From a virus (taxonomy: Duplodnaviria > Heunggongvirae > Uroviricota > Caudoviricetes), in IMG/VR virus record IMGVR_UViG_3300003848_000002, positions 15,547-79,546 of that record: a stretch of 64,000 bases of DNA. One strand, written 5' to 3'. Under the pieces are notes generated by a model. That model worked only from the letters and a program-made list of their open reading frames with translations, did not search any database and was not told the origin of the DNA. Made by a program: the position numbers and the translations under genes. This document shows, in pieces, positions 29,759 to 39,572 of the stretch (positions are counted from its first letter, which is position 1; every line of letters starts with the position of its first letter).

Positions 29759-29791
29759 AATGATTCCATACTATGTAAGTATGGAATCATT
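29759..29791. promoter_or_regulatory. 33-bp palindrome (14-bp arms, 5-bp spacer) in divergent promoter region
   Basis: aatgattccatact atgta agtatggaatcatt. Candidate operator or recombination core site. Confidence 0.5.
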
Positions 29792-29835
29792 GATAAATCA
29801 GAGCTATGCTGACCCTAAAAAAAGAGGTTTCGCAT

Positions 29836-30966
29836 ATGCGTAGTGAATTTGATTTGGCCAAGGCAGCAGAAAACTGTTCCGCAGAGACGATCGCGTTTCT
29901 GCAGACCGTTATCGACTCGCCGCTTGATCAGCTGGAAGATTTCAGTGATTCCGACCCGGTTTTCAGAAAAGCATTCATGCTTTTCACCCGGCTATCTTTG
30001 CTGGTGACTCGCCGCCGTCCCGAGCTTGGCGTCCACTGCATTTTGATACACGTTCTGCCTAAAATTGGCGATCTCCCTCTGTCAAAAATCACCAAGGTGG
30101 TCATTAACCGGCTGACAAACCCGCTGATCGTGGAAGGTAAAATTGTTCAGGGTAAACGTGTCTTTTCCGTAATGAAGCAGTTCCTCGCTTGGTGTGTGTT
30201 CCAGGGTTATCTAGAGAACTCACCAGTTGGCGACATTCCACTGAACAAAGTTGGTGGCTCAAACCCTAAGCCCAGGGAGCGCACGCTAACAGACGCTGAA
30301 ATATGGGTGTTCTGGCATGTATGGGATTACTTCGAAGTTTGCGAGGTGACGCGCTGGGCTGCCAGATTGACGCTTGCTGCTGCTCGACGCCCTGACGAGA
30401 TCCTACGTGCAAAATCCGCTGAGTTTGACCTCACCAATAACATATGGAACCAGGGTCGTCGTAACAAGTCGAATCGAGACCACCGGTTGCCCATCAGCCC
30501 GATTATGAAGCTCTGTATCGAACGGCTGCTTGCCGCGGGTGAGGGTAGCGAATGGCTATGCCCATCTAACAAGAAAGCAGGGCGGCCGATGTCAAAGGTG
30601 GCCATCAGCCAATCTTTGCGCCGAATCCTCGAAACACCAGAAATGCTGGCGGTTGAGCCGTTCACTCCACGTGATCTACGCAGGACTGCAAGGAGCTGTC
30701 TGGCAAGTTTGGATGTACCGAGTGATGTATCAAGAAAGGTTTTAAATCAAAGCCTTGAAGGTATAGACCGTGTGTACGACAGGCACGACTATATAGATCA
30801 GATGCAAGAAGCACTGTGCAAATACTCAGTATTTTTGTTTAATATAGTCGAAAGCGAGGGGGTGGAGGATTTGAGCCACAAATACAAAGGCGACCGTCTG
30901 GATCTATCAAACAGTCGCCTTGGACTTGGGGTCGTTAACTTTGGATCGCAGCAAGTATATCCTTGA
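29836..30966 (+). CDS. tyrosine recombinase/integrase family protein
   Basis: C-terminal catalytic region LAAARRPDEI...HRLPISP...PRDLRRTARS...DRHDY matches the R..HxxR..Y layout. RBS AGAGG precedes ATG 29836. Confidence 0.65.
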   Translation: MRSEFDLAKAAENCSAETIAFLQTVIDSPLDQLEDFSDSDPVFRKAFMLFTRLSLLVTRRRPELGVHCILIHVLPKIGDLPLSKITKVVINRLTNPLIVEGKIVQGKRVFSVMKQFLAWCVFQGYLENSPVGDIPLNKVGGSNPKPRERTLTDAEIWVFWHVWDYFEVCEVTRWAARLTLAAARRPDEILRAKSAEFDLTNNIWNQGRRNKSNRDHRLPISPIMKLCIERLLAAGEGSEWLCPSNKKAGRPMSKVAISQSLRRILETPEMLAVEPFTPRDLRRTARSCLASLDVPSDVSRKVLNQSLEGIDRVYDRHDYIDQMQEALCKYSVFLFNIVESEGVEDLSHKYKGDRLDLSNSRLGLGVVNFGSQQVYP

Positions 30967-31315
30967 GCTTTTCATCTGTTAGAGTGCCGGATGATTTTGT
31001 TTTGTCTCGTAAGGCATTGATTATCTGGCGCTCTTCGTCACTTAGACCAGGGAGGTTTTTCTTTATGAATTGGTGGATGACCGGGTATCGTTCTTCCAAA
31101 ACCAGCATCATGAAGCGAGTCTCATCTGTGCCTAAAGCTTCAGCAAGAAGGGATACTTTTTCCAATGGCATCGGCAGACGGCCGGTTTTAATATTGGAGA
31201 GATTGTTTGCGTTTTCATAGCCAATCTCAGATGCGATCTGAGTCTGCGATTTTGGGGATGTCAAAATAAGCCCCTCAATAAATGCCGAAATACGGTTACC
31301 TTTTTTAGCGGCCAT
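30935..31315 (-). CDS. HTH (XRE-like) transcriptional regulator
   Basis: QTQIASEIGYENANNLSNIKTG helix-turn-helix. Overlaps the recombinase 3' end tail-to-tail. Confidence 0.5.
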   Translation of the reverse strand: MAAKKGNRISAFIEGLILTSPKSQTQIASEIGYENANNLSNIKTGRLPMPLEKVSLLAEALGTDETRFMMLVLEERYPVIHQFIKKNLPGLSDEERQIINALRDKTKSSGTLTDEKLKDILAAIQS

Positions 31316-31568
31316 AATAGTTTTTTCCTGCTTATTTATGCGAAATAATTATCAATTACGAGGTGTCATTTGCACCATTGCCCTGAGTGTATTACCGGCT
31401 AGAAAGTAAGTAAAGGGTTATCCCTCCTTAATGATAAGTAACCCACTAACTATTCATCAAAGGCCCATACACCAAGGCTTAATGAGAATTATTTTTGATA
31501 TAAAACCTTTGATTTTTGTTACATAGCGTATAAGATGCCGCCTCGATAAATAAGAACTGTCCCAAAGG

Positions 31569-31787
31569 TTGTTTATGGATGATTTAATCGCCTCCTTGAA
31601 GGCACTTGGCGTAGGCATGATTATCGCCGTTCCTTACCATTTAGTTTCGGACATTATCCTTCGCTGCAACGGTATCGACATTGACTGCGGAGATGACGCT
31701 GTCGCATGTTTTCACATCAGCATTGCGCAAATGAAGTACACCCTTGCCTGCACTGGCGAAACCAGCCTGGTCACACGTTTTCTTTAA
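31569..31787 (+). CDS. hypothetical small protein
   Basis: 72 aa ORF. Confidence 0.25.
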   Translation: MFMDDLIASLKALGVGMIIAVPYHLVSDIILRCNGIDIDCGDDAVACFHISIAQMKYTLACTGETSLVTRFL

Positions 31788-31879
31788 ATCTCTTTAGCCT
31801 TTCTTAAAATCCAAACCTTGTTACTAGCCTGCGCGTTAATGGTCTCATTCATTGCGCGCAATGTTATTATCACCACTCA

Positions 31880-31896
31880 GAAAACAAATTGTTTTC
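31880..31896. promoter_or_regulatory. 17-bp palindrome GAAAACAAaTTGTTTTC upstream of cobT-like gene
   Basis: Same motif as at 13306. Lies 24 bp upstream of ATG 31920. Confidence 0.5.
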
Positions 31897-31919
31897 ATAA
31901 ACAAGAGATGGAAAAGCAC

Positions 31920-34214
31920 ATGAAAAATAAACAAAAAATTAGAAAAGAGGTTCTGACATTTCGCGAAAGTGTACGTAAAGTCGTTGTCATGCTTTCTGGT
32001 AAAGATATTCCTGTGGCGGAGCGTGGTAGCCGTGCATACGTCGAATATAACAAGGATGGTAAGCCATGCATGGTAAATCTTCCTTCACTGCCAGATGATG
32101 CGACTGATGGCCTCATGAACGCGATCCGTGGCTTCCTTGACCACGAAGTCGCTCACCTCCTTTTCACCGACTCGAAACTGGCATTTAAGCTGCTCGATAA
32201 GAAAGACAGCCCAGCTTTTCACCTCTGGAATGCCGTAGAAGATACCTTCATTGAACGACGTATGGGTGAAGTTTTCTCTGGATCTAAACGCAACCTTGTC
32301 AATACGCAACGTCATGTAATTGAAAAACTTTTCGTTCCGAAAGTGGATGATGCACTAAAGGCTTTATCTCGTAACCCGCGAGAACTCTTTCTTAAGTTCC
32401 TGTTAATGCCAGCTTTACGCGCCTGGGCAGGACAAACGCCTTTTGTTGAGTTCATGGAGCCGTATTGGGCTTATGTTCGCGATCCTGTATCAAAACTAGA
32501 TAAAGCTGGTGTGCCGGCTGCTGTGCCAATGTTGATGAGCACCGAAGACTGCATCAAGCTGGCAGGCCGAATTTCACTGGCTTTAAAGGAAGAAATGGAG
32601 AAACCGGAAGGTAAATCTGGCCATGGTGATTCGGAAGAAAATGATAAGGAAAATGATTCGCCTGATGATGTAGGTAGTGAACAACCTACTAAATCAAATG
32701 ATGAATCTAATAGTGATAAGCCTGGTAGTGTCGATGAGACGCAGGAGGAAGAAGAGCCTGCTCCTGTAATTAATAGTAATGAAGATAATATAAAAGATAA
32801 GGAAGACGGCTCTGAATCAGTTCCCGACTCCAGCAACGCTAATGACTCCCAGCCTGAAGATGGTGACGCTCACGAAGATGACGCCCCAGCAAAATCAGGT
32901 GATGGTGATGATATACCAGAAGGTGAAGAAGAATCTGAGCAGTCTGAGGGGTTTGGTGGTTTCGAGAGCGACTCGGACGACAATGATCCAGATAATGAGC
33001 AGCCTGAAAGTGGTTCGGGCGGTGCAGACGATACTGGTTCAGCGGCCAACTCAGATGACCAGCAAAGCACACCAGGTGATCTAGAAAGTGATGGTCGTCA
33101 GGAAGCCACCCAGGGCGATCTAAACGAAGAAGATGGCGGTACTGATGACATTCCATTGGACGCAGCGTTTAAGGCGCTGGAAGGCACTGAGGTGGCTCCA
33201 GAGCAGGGCATGGAGGAAGCGCTCAACGAGGTAATGGCCAACGAGCTGATAGGTGTGCCAAAAGGCTCATATCGCCCATATCAACGCTCATATGACTTTA
33301 TTGGCCCGATTGATGATGTCGAGAACCATCTCCGCAAAACTCATAAAGCTTTTGGCCGCATCCATCTTAACCGTGGTTTAAAGAACTGGCGTATCGACGA
33401 CGAAGGCACCAGTTTATTTGCCTCGAATGTCGAGCGTCGTCTCGCTGATGGATCGGCCTCAACACTGGCCAAAGACCTTGAACGTGCCATTGCGAGTCGT
33501 AACAAAGTCCAGTTCGTACCTGGTCAACGTCGTGGAAAAGTGCATAGCGCCAATTTGTACCGACTGTCTATGAACGATGACCGCGTATTCCGTCGCAAGG
33601 AAGACCATAAGGCAGTAAACGCTTGTGTGCAGCAGGTTATCGACTTGTCTGGCTCGATGCAGGGTTCGAAAATTTGCCTTGCACTGGCCTGCGCCTACAC
33701 AATTTCTGACGCGCTCGATCGCATAAATGTTCCGAACATCATTACCGGGTTTACAACTGCAGGCTGTGACATCGATGCAGCAAGGAAGATGGGTCGCGGC
33801 TACAACCGCTATGAATCATTGATGCTCCCCACTATCAAGGGTTGGCACGAACGAGCAAACACGCCCACCACACGCAAACGCTTAGGCTGCTTGTCAGAGA
33901 GATTCCCCCTTGAAGACAACATAGATGGTGAATCAATTATGGCTTTAGCTCAGCACTTTGCTGGCCGCATTGAGGATAAGAAAATCATGCTTGTCATGAG
34001 TGACGGTGCACCAGCTGGAATCGGTCATGACTTCAGCGACCATCTTAAAGCTGTGGCGGAGTCAATTGAAGGCAGTGGTCTTATTGAACTAATGGGTATC
34101 GGCATTCTTACGGATGCTCCCAGCCGGTTCTACAAGAACCACGTTGAAGTCAAAAAGGTGGAAGACCTGGGTGCCACTGTCGTGAGGAAATTGTCTCAAT
34201 TGATACTTGGCTAA
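31920..34214 (+). CDS. CobT-like von Willebrand factor A (VWA) domain protein with acidic low-complexity insert
   Basis: MIDAS motif DLSGSM. Long Asp/Glu/Ser-rich region (about 32600..33200). Pairs with the downstream AAA ATPase. Start follows GAAAAGCACATG. Confidence 0.7.
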   Translation: MKNKQKIRKEVLTFRESVRKVVVMLSGKDIPVAERGSRAYVEYNKDGKPCMVNLPSLPDDATDGLMNAIRGFLDHEVAHLLFTDSKLAFKLLDKKDSPAFHLWNAVEDTFIERRMGEVFSGSKRNLVNTQRHVIEKLFVPKVDDALKALSRNPRELFLKFLLMPALRAWAGQTPFVEFMEPYWAYVRDPVSKLDKAGVPAAVPMLMSTEDCIKLAGRISLALKEEMEKPEGKSGHGDSEENDKENDSPDDVGSEQPTKSNDESNSDKPGSVDETQEEEEPAPVINSNEDNIKDKEDGSESVPDSSNANDSQPEDGDAHEDDAPAKSGDGDDIPEGEEESEQSEGFGGFESDSDDNDPDNEQPESGSGGADDTGSAANSDDQQSTPGDLESDGRQEATQGDLNEEDGGTDDIPLDAAFKALEGTEVAPEQGMEEALNEVMANELIGVPKGSYRPYQRSYDFIGPIDDVENHLRKTHKAFGRIHLNRGLKNWRIDDEGTSLFASNVERRLADGSASTLAKDLERAIASRNKVQFVPGQRRGKVHSANLYRLSMNDDRVFRRKEDHKAVNACVQQVIDLSGSMQGSKICLALACAYTISDALDRINVPNIITGFTTAGCDIDAARKMGRGYNRYESLMLPTIKGWHERANTPTTRKRLGCLSERFPLEDNIDGESIMALAQHFAGRIEDKKIMLVMSDGAPAGIGHDFSDHLKAVAESIEGSGLIELMGIGILTDAPSRFYKNHVEVKKVEDLGATVVRKLSQLILG

Positions 34215-34226
34215 GTCGTGCCGATA

Positions 34227-34257
34227 AAGATAAGTAGGCAACTACTTATCTTTTTAT
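34227..34257 (+). terminator. rho-independent terminator (11-bp stem, member of GTAG/CTAC palindrome family)
   Basis: aagataagtag gcaa ctacttatctt followed by tttatc. Confidence 0.6.
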
Positions 34258-34311
34258 CTTAAAATTATTACTATAAGCACCAGATAAACAAAAACGAGAA
34301 AGGAAAAGCAC

Positions 34312-35541
34312 ATGAGCGCCGTCCAAGTCCAAGACCATGACACCCCAGCGAAGGAAACCATTACCTGCCATTGGTGTTCTTGCGAGTTCCACCACCTTAA
34401 ATCGCATCTGCAGGGCAAATGCACCGGCATTCCTGAAGAGCATAAGAGCAGTACCGTTGAAGACATCATCGCGGCATACACCACTCAGTTCCCCGATGCG
34501 CCAACGATTTCACCTTTGGCCATTAAGACAATTCAGACTCGTAAGCAGGAAATTCAAGCTGCTGAGAGCAAAGCACCGACCGTTAAGGTTGGCTACATCG
34601 GCACTGAGGAATACAAGGTGGAGATGGTGGCCGCACACGAGCTGCTTGGAGTAGATCTGAAAAGCCTATCCACCGCGCTAAACCAGCCCCTCAAGGTATC
34701 AGTGAACGTGAACACGCCATTCCCAGAGTTTGTACCAGTGGCCAAAGACAACTACGTATACGGTGACTTTGAGCTTATCAAAGATGTGCTGATGATGATG
34801 GAGCTGGGCATTCCAGGCTATCTGTGGGGTCATGCTGGCACTGGCAAAACCTCTCTCCCAACTCAGCTTTGCGCCCTGATGAATCGACCGGTCATCCGCT
34901 CTCAGCACACCGCTTCGACGGAAGAGGCGCATATCTCCGGGCAGATTCTGGCACGAGACGGTTCAACTTATTTCGAGCCTGGCTTGTTGGCACTGGCAAT
35001 GCGTCACGGCTGGGTATATCTGGCAGATGAATACGACTTTGCATTCCCTCAAATTTTGGGCATCTACCAGCCAGTGCTGGAGGGTGAAGGTCTTGTCATC
35101 AAAGAAGCTACCCCAGAGTGGCGCCGCGTTGCACCGCACAAACGTTTTGCTTTCATCGCCACCGGCAACACAAACGGATCTGGAGACGAAACAGGACTGT
35201 ATCAGGGTACAAACCTGCAGAACGCCGCCAACTTCTCTCGCTTTGGAATTGTCTCGAAAGTTCATTACATGAGCCAGCGCGCCGAAACCAACATGCTGGT
35301 CAAAGCAGGCGCTACAGATGATTTCGCTCAGAAGCTGGTGCGCTTCGCAACCCTCATTCGTGAAGGCTACGAAACAAGCGTGATCTCACAACCAATTGGG
35401 CCGCGAGAGCTGCTGCTGTCTCTTCAGGTTGGTATTCGCCGCGGTGACATTCCAGCTGGTCTGCAACGCGCATTCATCAACAAACTCCCTTCAGCGTCTG
35501 CCCAGGCAGCGCGCGAGATTGCGGATCGCATTTTCGTATGA
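34312..35541 (+). CDS. CobS/MoxR-like AAA+ ATPase
   Basis: Walker A GHAGTGKTS, Walker B VYLADEYD, about 400 aa. Confidence 0.75.
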   Translation: MSAVQVQDHDTPAKETITCHWCSCEFHHLKSHLQGKCTGIPEEHKSSTVEDIIAAYTTQFPDAPTISPLAIKTIQTRKQEIQAAESKAPTVKVGYIGTEEYKVEMVAAHELLGVDLKSLSTALNQPLKVSVNVNTPFPEFVPVAKDNYVYGDFELIKDVLMMMELGIPGYLWGHAGTGKTSLPTQLCALMNRPVIRSQHTASTEEAHISGQILARDGSTYFEPGLLALAMRHGWVYLADEYDFAFPQILGIYQPVLEGEGLVIKEATPEWRRVAPHKRFAFIATGNTNGSGDETGLYQGTNLQNAANFSRFGIVSKVHYMSQRAETNMLVKAGATDDFAQKLVRFATLIREGYETSVISQPIGPRELLLSLQVGIRRGDIPAGLQRAFINKLPSASAQAAREIADRIFV

Positions 35542-35715
35542 GCAAAGGCTGCTTTGGTTCACTGATAGCAGCCTCTGAAACTAATCCCGTTTGCATGGCA
35601 TGTTCCAGCAAGCGGGATTGCTTTGTTAAGGCACAAGAGACCGCTATCAAGATTTACGGGAAGTTCGCTGGCTTCCCAAACGACAAAATAAAAAAGACAA
35701 GTAAGGCAAAAGCAC

Positions 35716-38073
35716 ATGAAAGCATTAATGGTACGAACTGACTTCTCCCTGGGTGAGTCGTCTTTGAAGGCAGAGCGCGCCGTAGAGAAAGCCCGCGAAA
35801 TGGGTTACTCGTCGGTGATCTCCGCTGACAGCATGAATCTGGCATCCGTAATCCCCTTGCAGATGGCGGCTGGTGACGATGTTGCGGTCATTTGTGGTGT
35901 GAAGCTTAACCTGGTTGACGATCCTACATACGAGCACCGCGCTCGACTTGCGAAGGAGTCTAAAGGATGTATGGAATCATTAACGCGCGCGCGTAACTAC
36001 AGCTTCACGGCGCTAATCAAGAACGAGCAGGGCTATGTCGATCTCTGCGAACTGATGACGCTGGCAAACACACGCGAGCAGTTTTATCACGTTCCCCGTC
36101 TTGAGCTGGCGCAGCTGCTGGCTACGTTCGCCAAAGGCAACATCATCCTGCTGACCTCGGACATGGGAAGCGTATTCCAGCGCCCGGACTTCGCGAAGAT
36201 TATCGCCCAGCTGGTTCACGCTGGCGGCCGTGAGAACTTTTACTGCGCCGTTTATCCGATTGCTACCCCCCTCTATGACCAGCTGAATAGCAAATCGCTC
36301 AAGGTGGCCAGTGCTCTTAAGATCGAGCCGGTGGCGTTCTACCCTGCTTACTACGAGGCTCCCACTGACGCTGACATCAAAGACATCGCGCATATGGTGC
36401 TGAACAACATCAAAATAGACCAGCTGCACCGTATGCGAATCCCGTATCAACGTGACAATGGCGTTAATGATCGCCGCCACTTACTCCAGCTATTGAAGGA
36501 GTTTGCGGTGCGGATGGGTGTCAACGTCACGCCAGCAATGGTCTCAACAACTCAGGACGCGATCATTGATGCGTGTACATGGCGCTGGCACCCGCTGGAG
36601 CCCGCTTTACCAACCATGGCAGATGATGAGCCAGCCACATTGCGTAAACTCGCTGTAGAGGGGCTGAGGAAGCGTCTTAGCACCAAAGAGTTCGGCTATG
36701 CGCCACCAGCCACAATGCACCGTGATTATGTTGAGCGTCTGAAGTACGAACTTGATGTTTTAACCCGCCTTGGCTTCTGCGGCTACTTCCTCATGGTTCA
36801 CGACCTGATGAATTACGCTCGCGGCGCCGGGATTCCTGTTGGGCCTGGTCGCGGTTCATCCGCTGGCTCTCTTGTCGCCTGGTGCGTGGGGATCACAAAC
36901 GTAGACCCTATTCGCCATGGATTGCTGTTCGAACGTTTCATTAACCCTGAACGTCTCGACTTGCCCGATGCTGATCTGGACTTTAGCCAGGCACGTCGCC
37001 ACGAGGTCATTGAGTACCTGGGTGAGCGTTACGGGGAGGATTACGTCGCTGGCATTCCCAACTTCACATACCTCGGTGCAGCTTCAGCACTGCGCGACAC
37101 CGCACGTATCTTTGGCGTGGATTCAGCGGATATGGCGGTATCGAAAGACCTGCGCTTTGTCGATGACGATTCACTGTCACTCGAAGAGATGCGCGAAGAG
37201 CTTTCCAGCCTGGACAAATACGCAGCCAAATACCCGGACGCATTTAACGCGGCCACTAAACTGCAAAGTCTCATGCGCGGATTCGGCCGCCACGCAGCAG
37301 GCATGATCGTAGCCGGTGTGAAGCTGACGGAGCGCACACCGGTAGAGCGACGCGGGGATGCGCGTGTAATCGCTTTTGACAAGCGTTACTGCGAATCCAT
37401 GGGATTGATTAAGTTGGACGTGCTCGGCCTCGCTACGCTCGATTTGCTGGCTTATGCGCAGGAATACGTGAAAGAAGCCACGGGCAGCGTGATTGATCTC
37501 GATGCAATTCCACTAACTGACAAAAAGGTTCTTGATGGCTTTGCCGGTGGCCACACCCAGGGCGTGTTCCAGCTTGAATCAGGTTCGATGCGTAAGCTGC
37601 TAAAGGATCTGGGCGGCGGCATTGATCCGATGAGCTTTGAAACAGTTGTCGCCACGACAGCATTATTCCGACCTGGCCCGATCGAATCTGGAATGTTGGA
37701 CAGCTACGTTTCGGTGGCCAAAGGCTTCAAAGAGGCTGATTCCATCCACCAGGTGCTCGATGAGCTTACCTCTGAGACCAATGGGGTAATTCTCTATCAG
37801 GAACAAACCATGAAGGCCACGCAGCTGCTGGCCGGCTTCACGCTCGCGGAAGCTGATGGCGTCCGTAAAGCGATCGGTAAAAAAGACATGGAGAAGATGA
37901 AGAAGGTCGGTAACCAGTTTATCGAGCAAGCCCAGGCTGGCTGGATAGAGGTGAAGTTGGAAGACGGAACCAATCGCCAGTTCCACCGCGCGGAGCACTT
38001 CAAATGTGCCGATGGCAAGCTGCGAACCATCGAAGAAGCAATGCACGATGGCGCCGAAGTTCTGGGTATCTAA
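35716..38073 (+). CDS. DNA polymerase III alpha (DnaE-type) N-terminal/catalytic portion
   Basis: PHP-like N-terminus and palm motifs GLIKLDVLGLATLD. ...ILYQEQTMKATQLLAGFTLAEADGVRKAIGKK aligns to the DnaE LRRAMGKKK region. Ends with a stop codon. Confidence 0.8.
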   Translation: MKALMVRTDFSLGESSLKAERAVEKAREMGYSSVISADSMNLASVIPLQMAAGDDVAVICGVKLNLVDDPTYEHRARLAKESKGCMESLTRARNYSFTALIKNEQGYVDLCELMTLANTREQFYHVPRLELAQLLATFAKGNIILLTSDMGSVFQRPDFAKIIAQLVHAGGRENFYCAVYPIATPLYDQLNSKSLKVASALKIEPVAFYPAYYEAPTDADIKDIAHMVLNNIKIDQLHRMRIPYQRDNGVNDRRHLLQLLKEFAVRMGVNVTPAMVSTTQDAIIDACTWRWHPLEPALPTMADDEPATLRKLAVEGLRKRLSTKEFGYAPPATMHRDYVERLKYELDVLTRLGFCGYFLMVHDLMNYARGAGIPVGPGRGSSAGSLVAWCVGITNVDPIRHGLLFERFINPERLDLPDADLDFSQARRHEVIEYLGERYGEDYVAGIPNFTYLGAASALRDTARIFGVDSADMAVSKDLRFVDDDSLSLEEMREELSSLDKYAAKYPDAFNAATKLQSLMRGFGRHAAGMIVAGVKLTERTPVERRGDARVIAFDKRYCESMGLIKLDVLGLATLDLLAYAQEYVKEATGSVIDLDAIPLTDKKVLDGFAGGHTQGVFQLESGSMRKLLKDLGGGIDPMSFETVVATTALFRPGPIESGMLDSYVSVAKGFKEADSIHQVLDELTSETNGVILYQEQTMKATQLLAGFTLAEADGVRKAIGKKDMEKMKKVGNQFIEQAQAGWIEVKLEDGTNRQFHRAEHFKCADGKLRTIEEAMHDGAEVLGI

Positions 38074-38145
38074 CCGTTTAACGCAGCTTGGATGCCGTAT
38101 CTGAGCTGCGAAAATTAATACATGGATTGTGATTAAGAGGCACCA

Positions 38146-39315
38146 ATGAAAGTTTTAGAGACGATTTCCACGAAGCCCGGACTAAGTGATAGCAAAGCAA
38201 AAGAGATCTGGGAAGCGTTTGAAAAAAACGGGGCGTACCAGTTCAACAAATCTCACTCAGTGGCTTACTCGCTGATTAGCTATCAGTCGATGTTCATGAA
38301 AACGCACTACCCTGCCCAATTCTTCGCAGCAGCGCTGACTATTTTGGGTGATGACAAGCATCAGGGGCTGGTCAAGGACGCGCTGAGCTTTGGCATTCGC
38401 ATCTTGCCACCAGATGTAAACATCTCAACCAACCGCATTGAGATCCGTCAGATGGAAGATGGTACGCAAGTGCTGTATGCGCCCTTCTCAGCTGTTAAAG
38501 GATGCTCAGAGAATGGATGCCAGGCAATCATGCGCGCCCGGGCGAAAGTGGGAGGCCATTTCACAGACATCATGCAGTTTGAAGAGGCGGTTGAGAAGCG
38601 CGCCTGCAACAGCCGTGTACGTGACTCTCTCGATCGTGTCGGTGCATTTGCCAGCATCATTCCCGGCAGCGTACCAGCTACCTCAGAAGAACGACGCCGC
38701 GACCAGGCGGAGCTGATGGGTAATCTGGTGATCGATGCGGTAAAAGCGACACGCCAGTTTGAAATGAACCCGAAACGCCAGGCTGAAGTAAACGTGCTGA
38801 TGACGAATATGGCCGCTGAAATGGGGCTGGGTGATGAGCTTATCCGTCCGAGCATCGGCATCAAACCACGCTTGATGATCATCCTCGACAACGCCAACGG
38901 TAACGATGGCAAAACCGGATACTTCATGGAGAACGGTTATGACGACTTCAAGGCGAAGTTGCTGGTTGCCGGCGATCTTAAAATGGGCGATTTGTACATT
39001 ACCGGCGTTTGCAAGAAGGTGAAGGACAAAGAAAAGGACTACACCAAAGACGAGTTAGGCCAGTTTAACGAGTTCATCAAAGCAGAGGTAGCTTTGGTAC
39101 GACCAACGTACATTCTTACTTGCGGCGCCAAGTCCACCAGCCTGTTTAACAACAAATCGAAGCCATCAGATCTTGTTGGCCGCAAAGAGTATCTGCCGGA
39201 GTTGGATGTCACGGTATTCTATGGCTTTAATCCCAACATTCTCCACTTCCGCCCAGAAGAAGGCGAAAAGCTGGAGTTGATCCTCGCTGACGTTGCCGAG
39301 GCAGTAAATTCGTGA
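38146..39315 (+). CDS. DNA polymerase III alpha (DnaE-type) C-terminal portion with extra C-terminal domain
   Basis: KAKEIWEAFEKNGAYQFNKSHSVAYSLISYQSMFMKTHYPAQFFAAALT matches the DnaE fingers motif GYGFNKSH..AY...SYQT..LK..YP.EF.AA. Confidence 0.8.
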   Translation: MKVLETISTKPGLSDSKAKEIWEAFEKNGAYQFNKSHSVAYSLISYQSMFMKTHYPAQFFAAALTILGDDKHQGLVKDALSFGIRILPPDVNISTNRIEIRQMEDGTQVLYAPFSAVKGCSENGCQAIMRARAKVGGHFTDIMQFEEAVEKRACNSRVRDSLDRVGAFASIIPGSVPATSEERRRDQAELMGNLVIDAVKATRQFEMNPKRQAEVNVLMTNMAAEMGLGDELIRPSIGIKPRLMIILDNANGNDGKTGYFMENGYDDFKAKLLVAGDLKMGDLYITGVCKKVKDKEKDYTKDELGQFNEFIKAEVALVRPTYILTCGAKSTSLFNNKSKPSDLVGRKEYLPELDVTVFYGFNPNILHFRPEEGEKLELILADVAEAVNS

Positions 39316-39572
39316 GCAAGCCTCACATCCTCTATAGGGCAGACTTGCGCTGCCCCAATTGCAAATCAGCGCCTGAAGTCATTCGAATGACGGATGAGAA
39401 TACCGAGCAATTTTGGTGGGAAGAGAACGGCACGACATATCCCGTTTTATTGCGCCATACAGAGCTGGCAGCACGTCATTGCCCATTCAGGACTGAGATC
39501 TACCATCTGACTCTCCCGCTGGCTATTGGCGTTTGGAAAGAAGAAATTAAAAATAGGAAGCAACGAAAATGA
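39312..39572 (+). CDS. small zinc-ribbon protein
   Basis: CPNCKS...C motif. ATGA-coupled to the previous gene. Confidence 0.35.
   Translation: MSKPHILYRADLRCPNCKSAPEVIRMTDENTEQFWWEENGTTYPVLLRHTELAARHCPFRTEIYHLTLPLAIGVWKEEIKNRKQRK

Noticed and set aside
38030-38200. Intein or intron explaining the DnaE split
   Set aside because: The gap is 72 nt and the extra residues around the split total about 60 aa. This is too small for an intein or group I/II intron.
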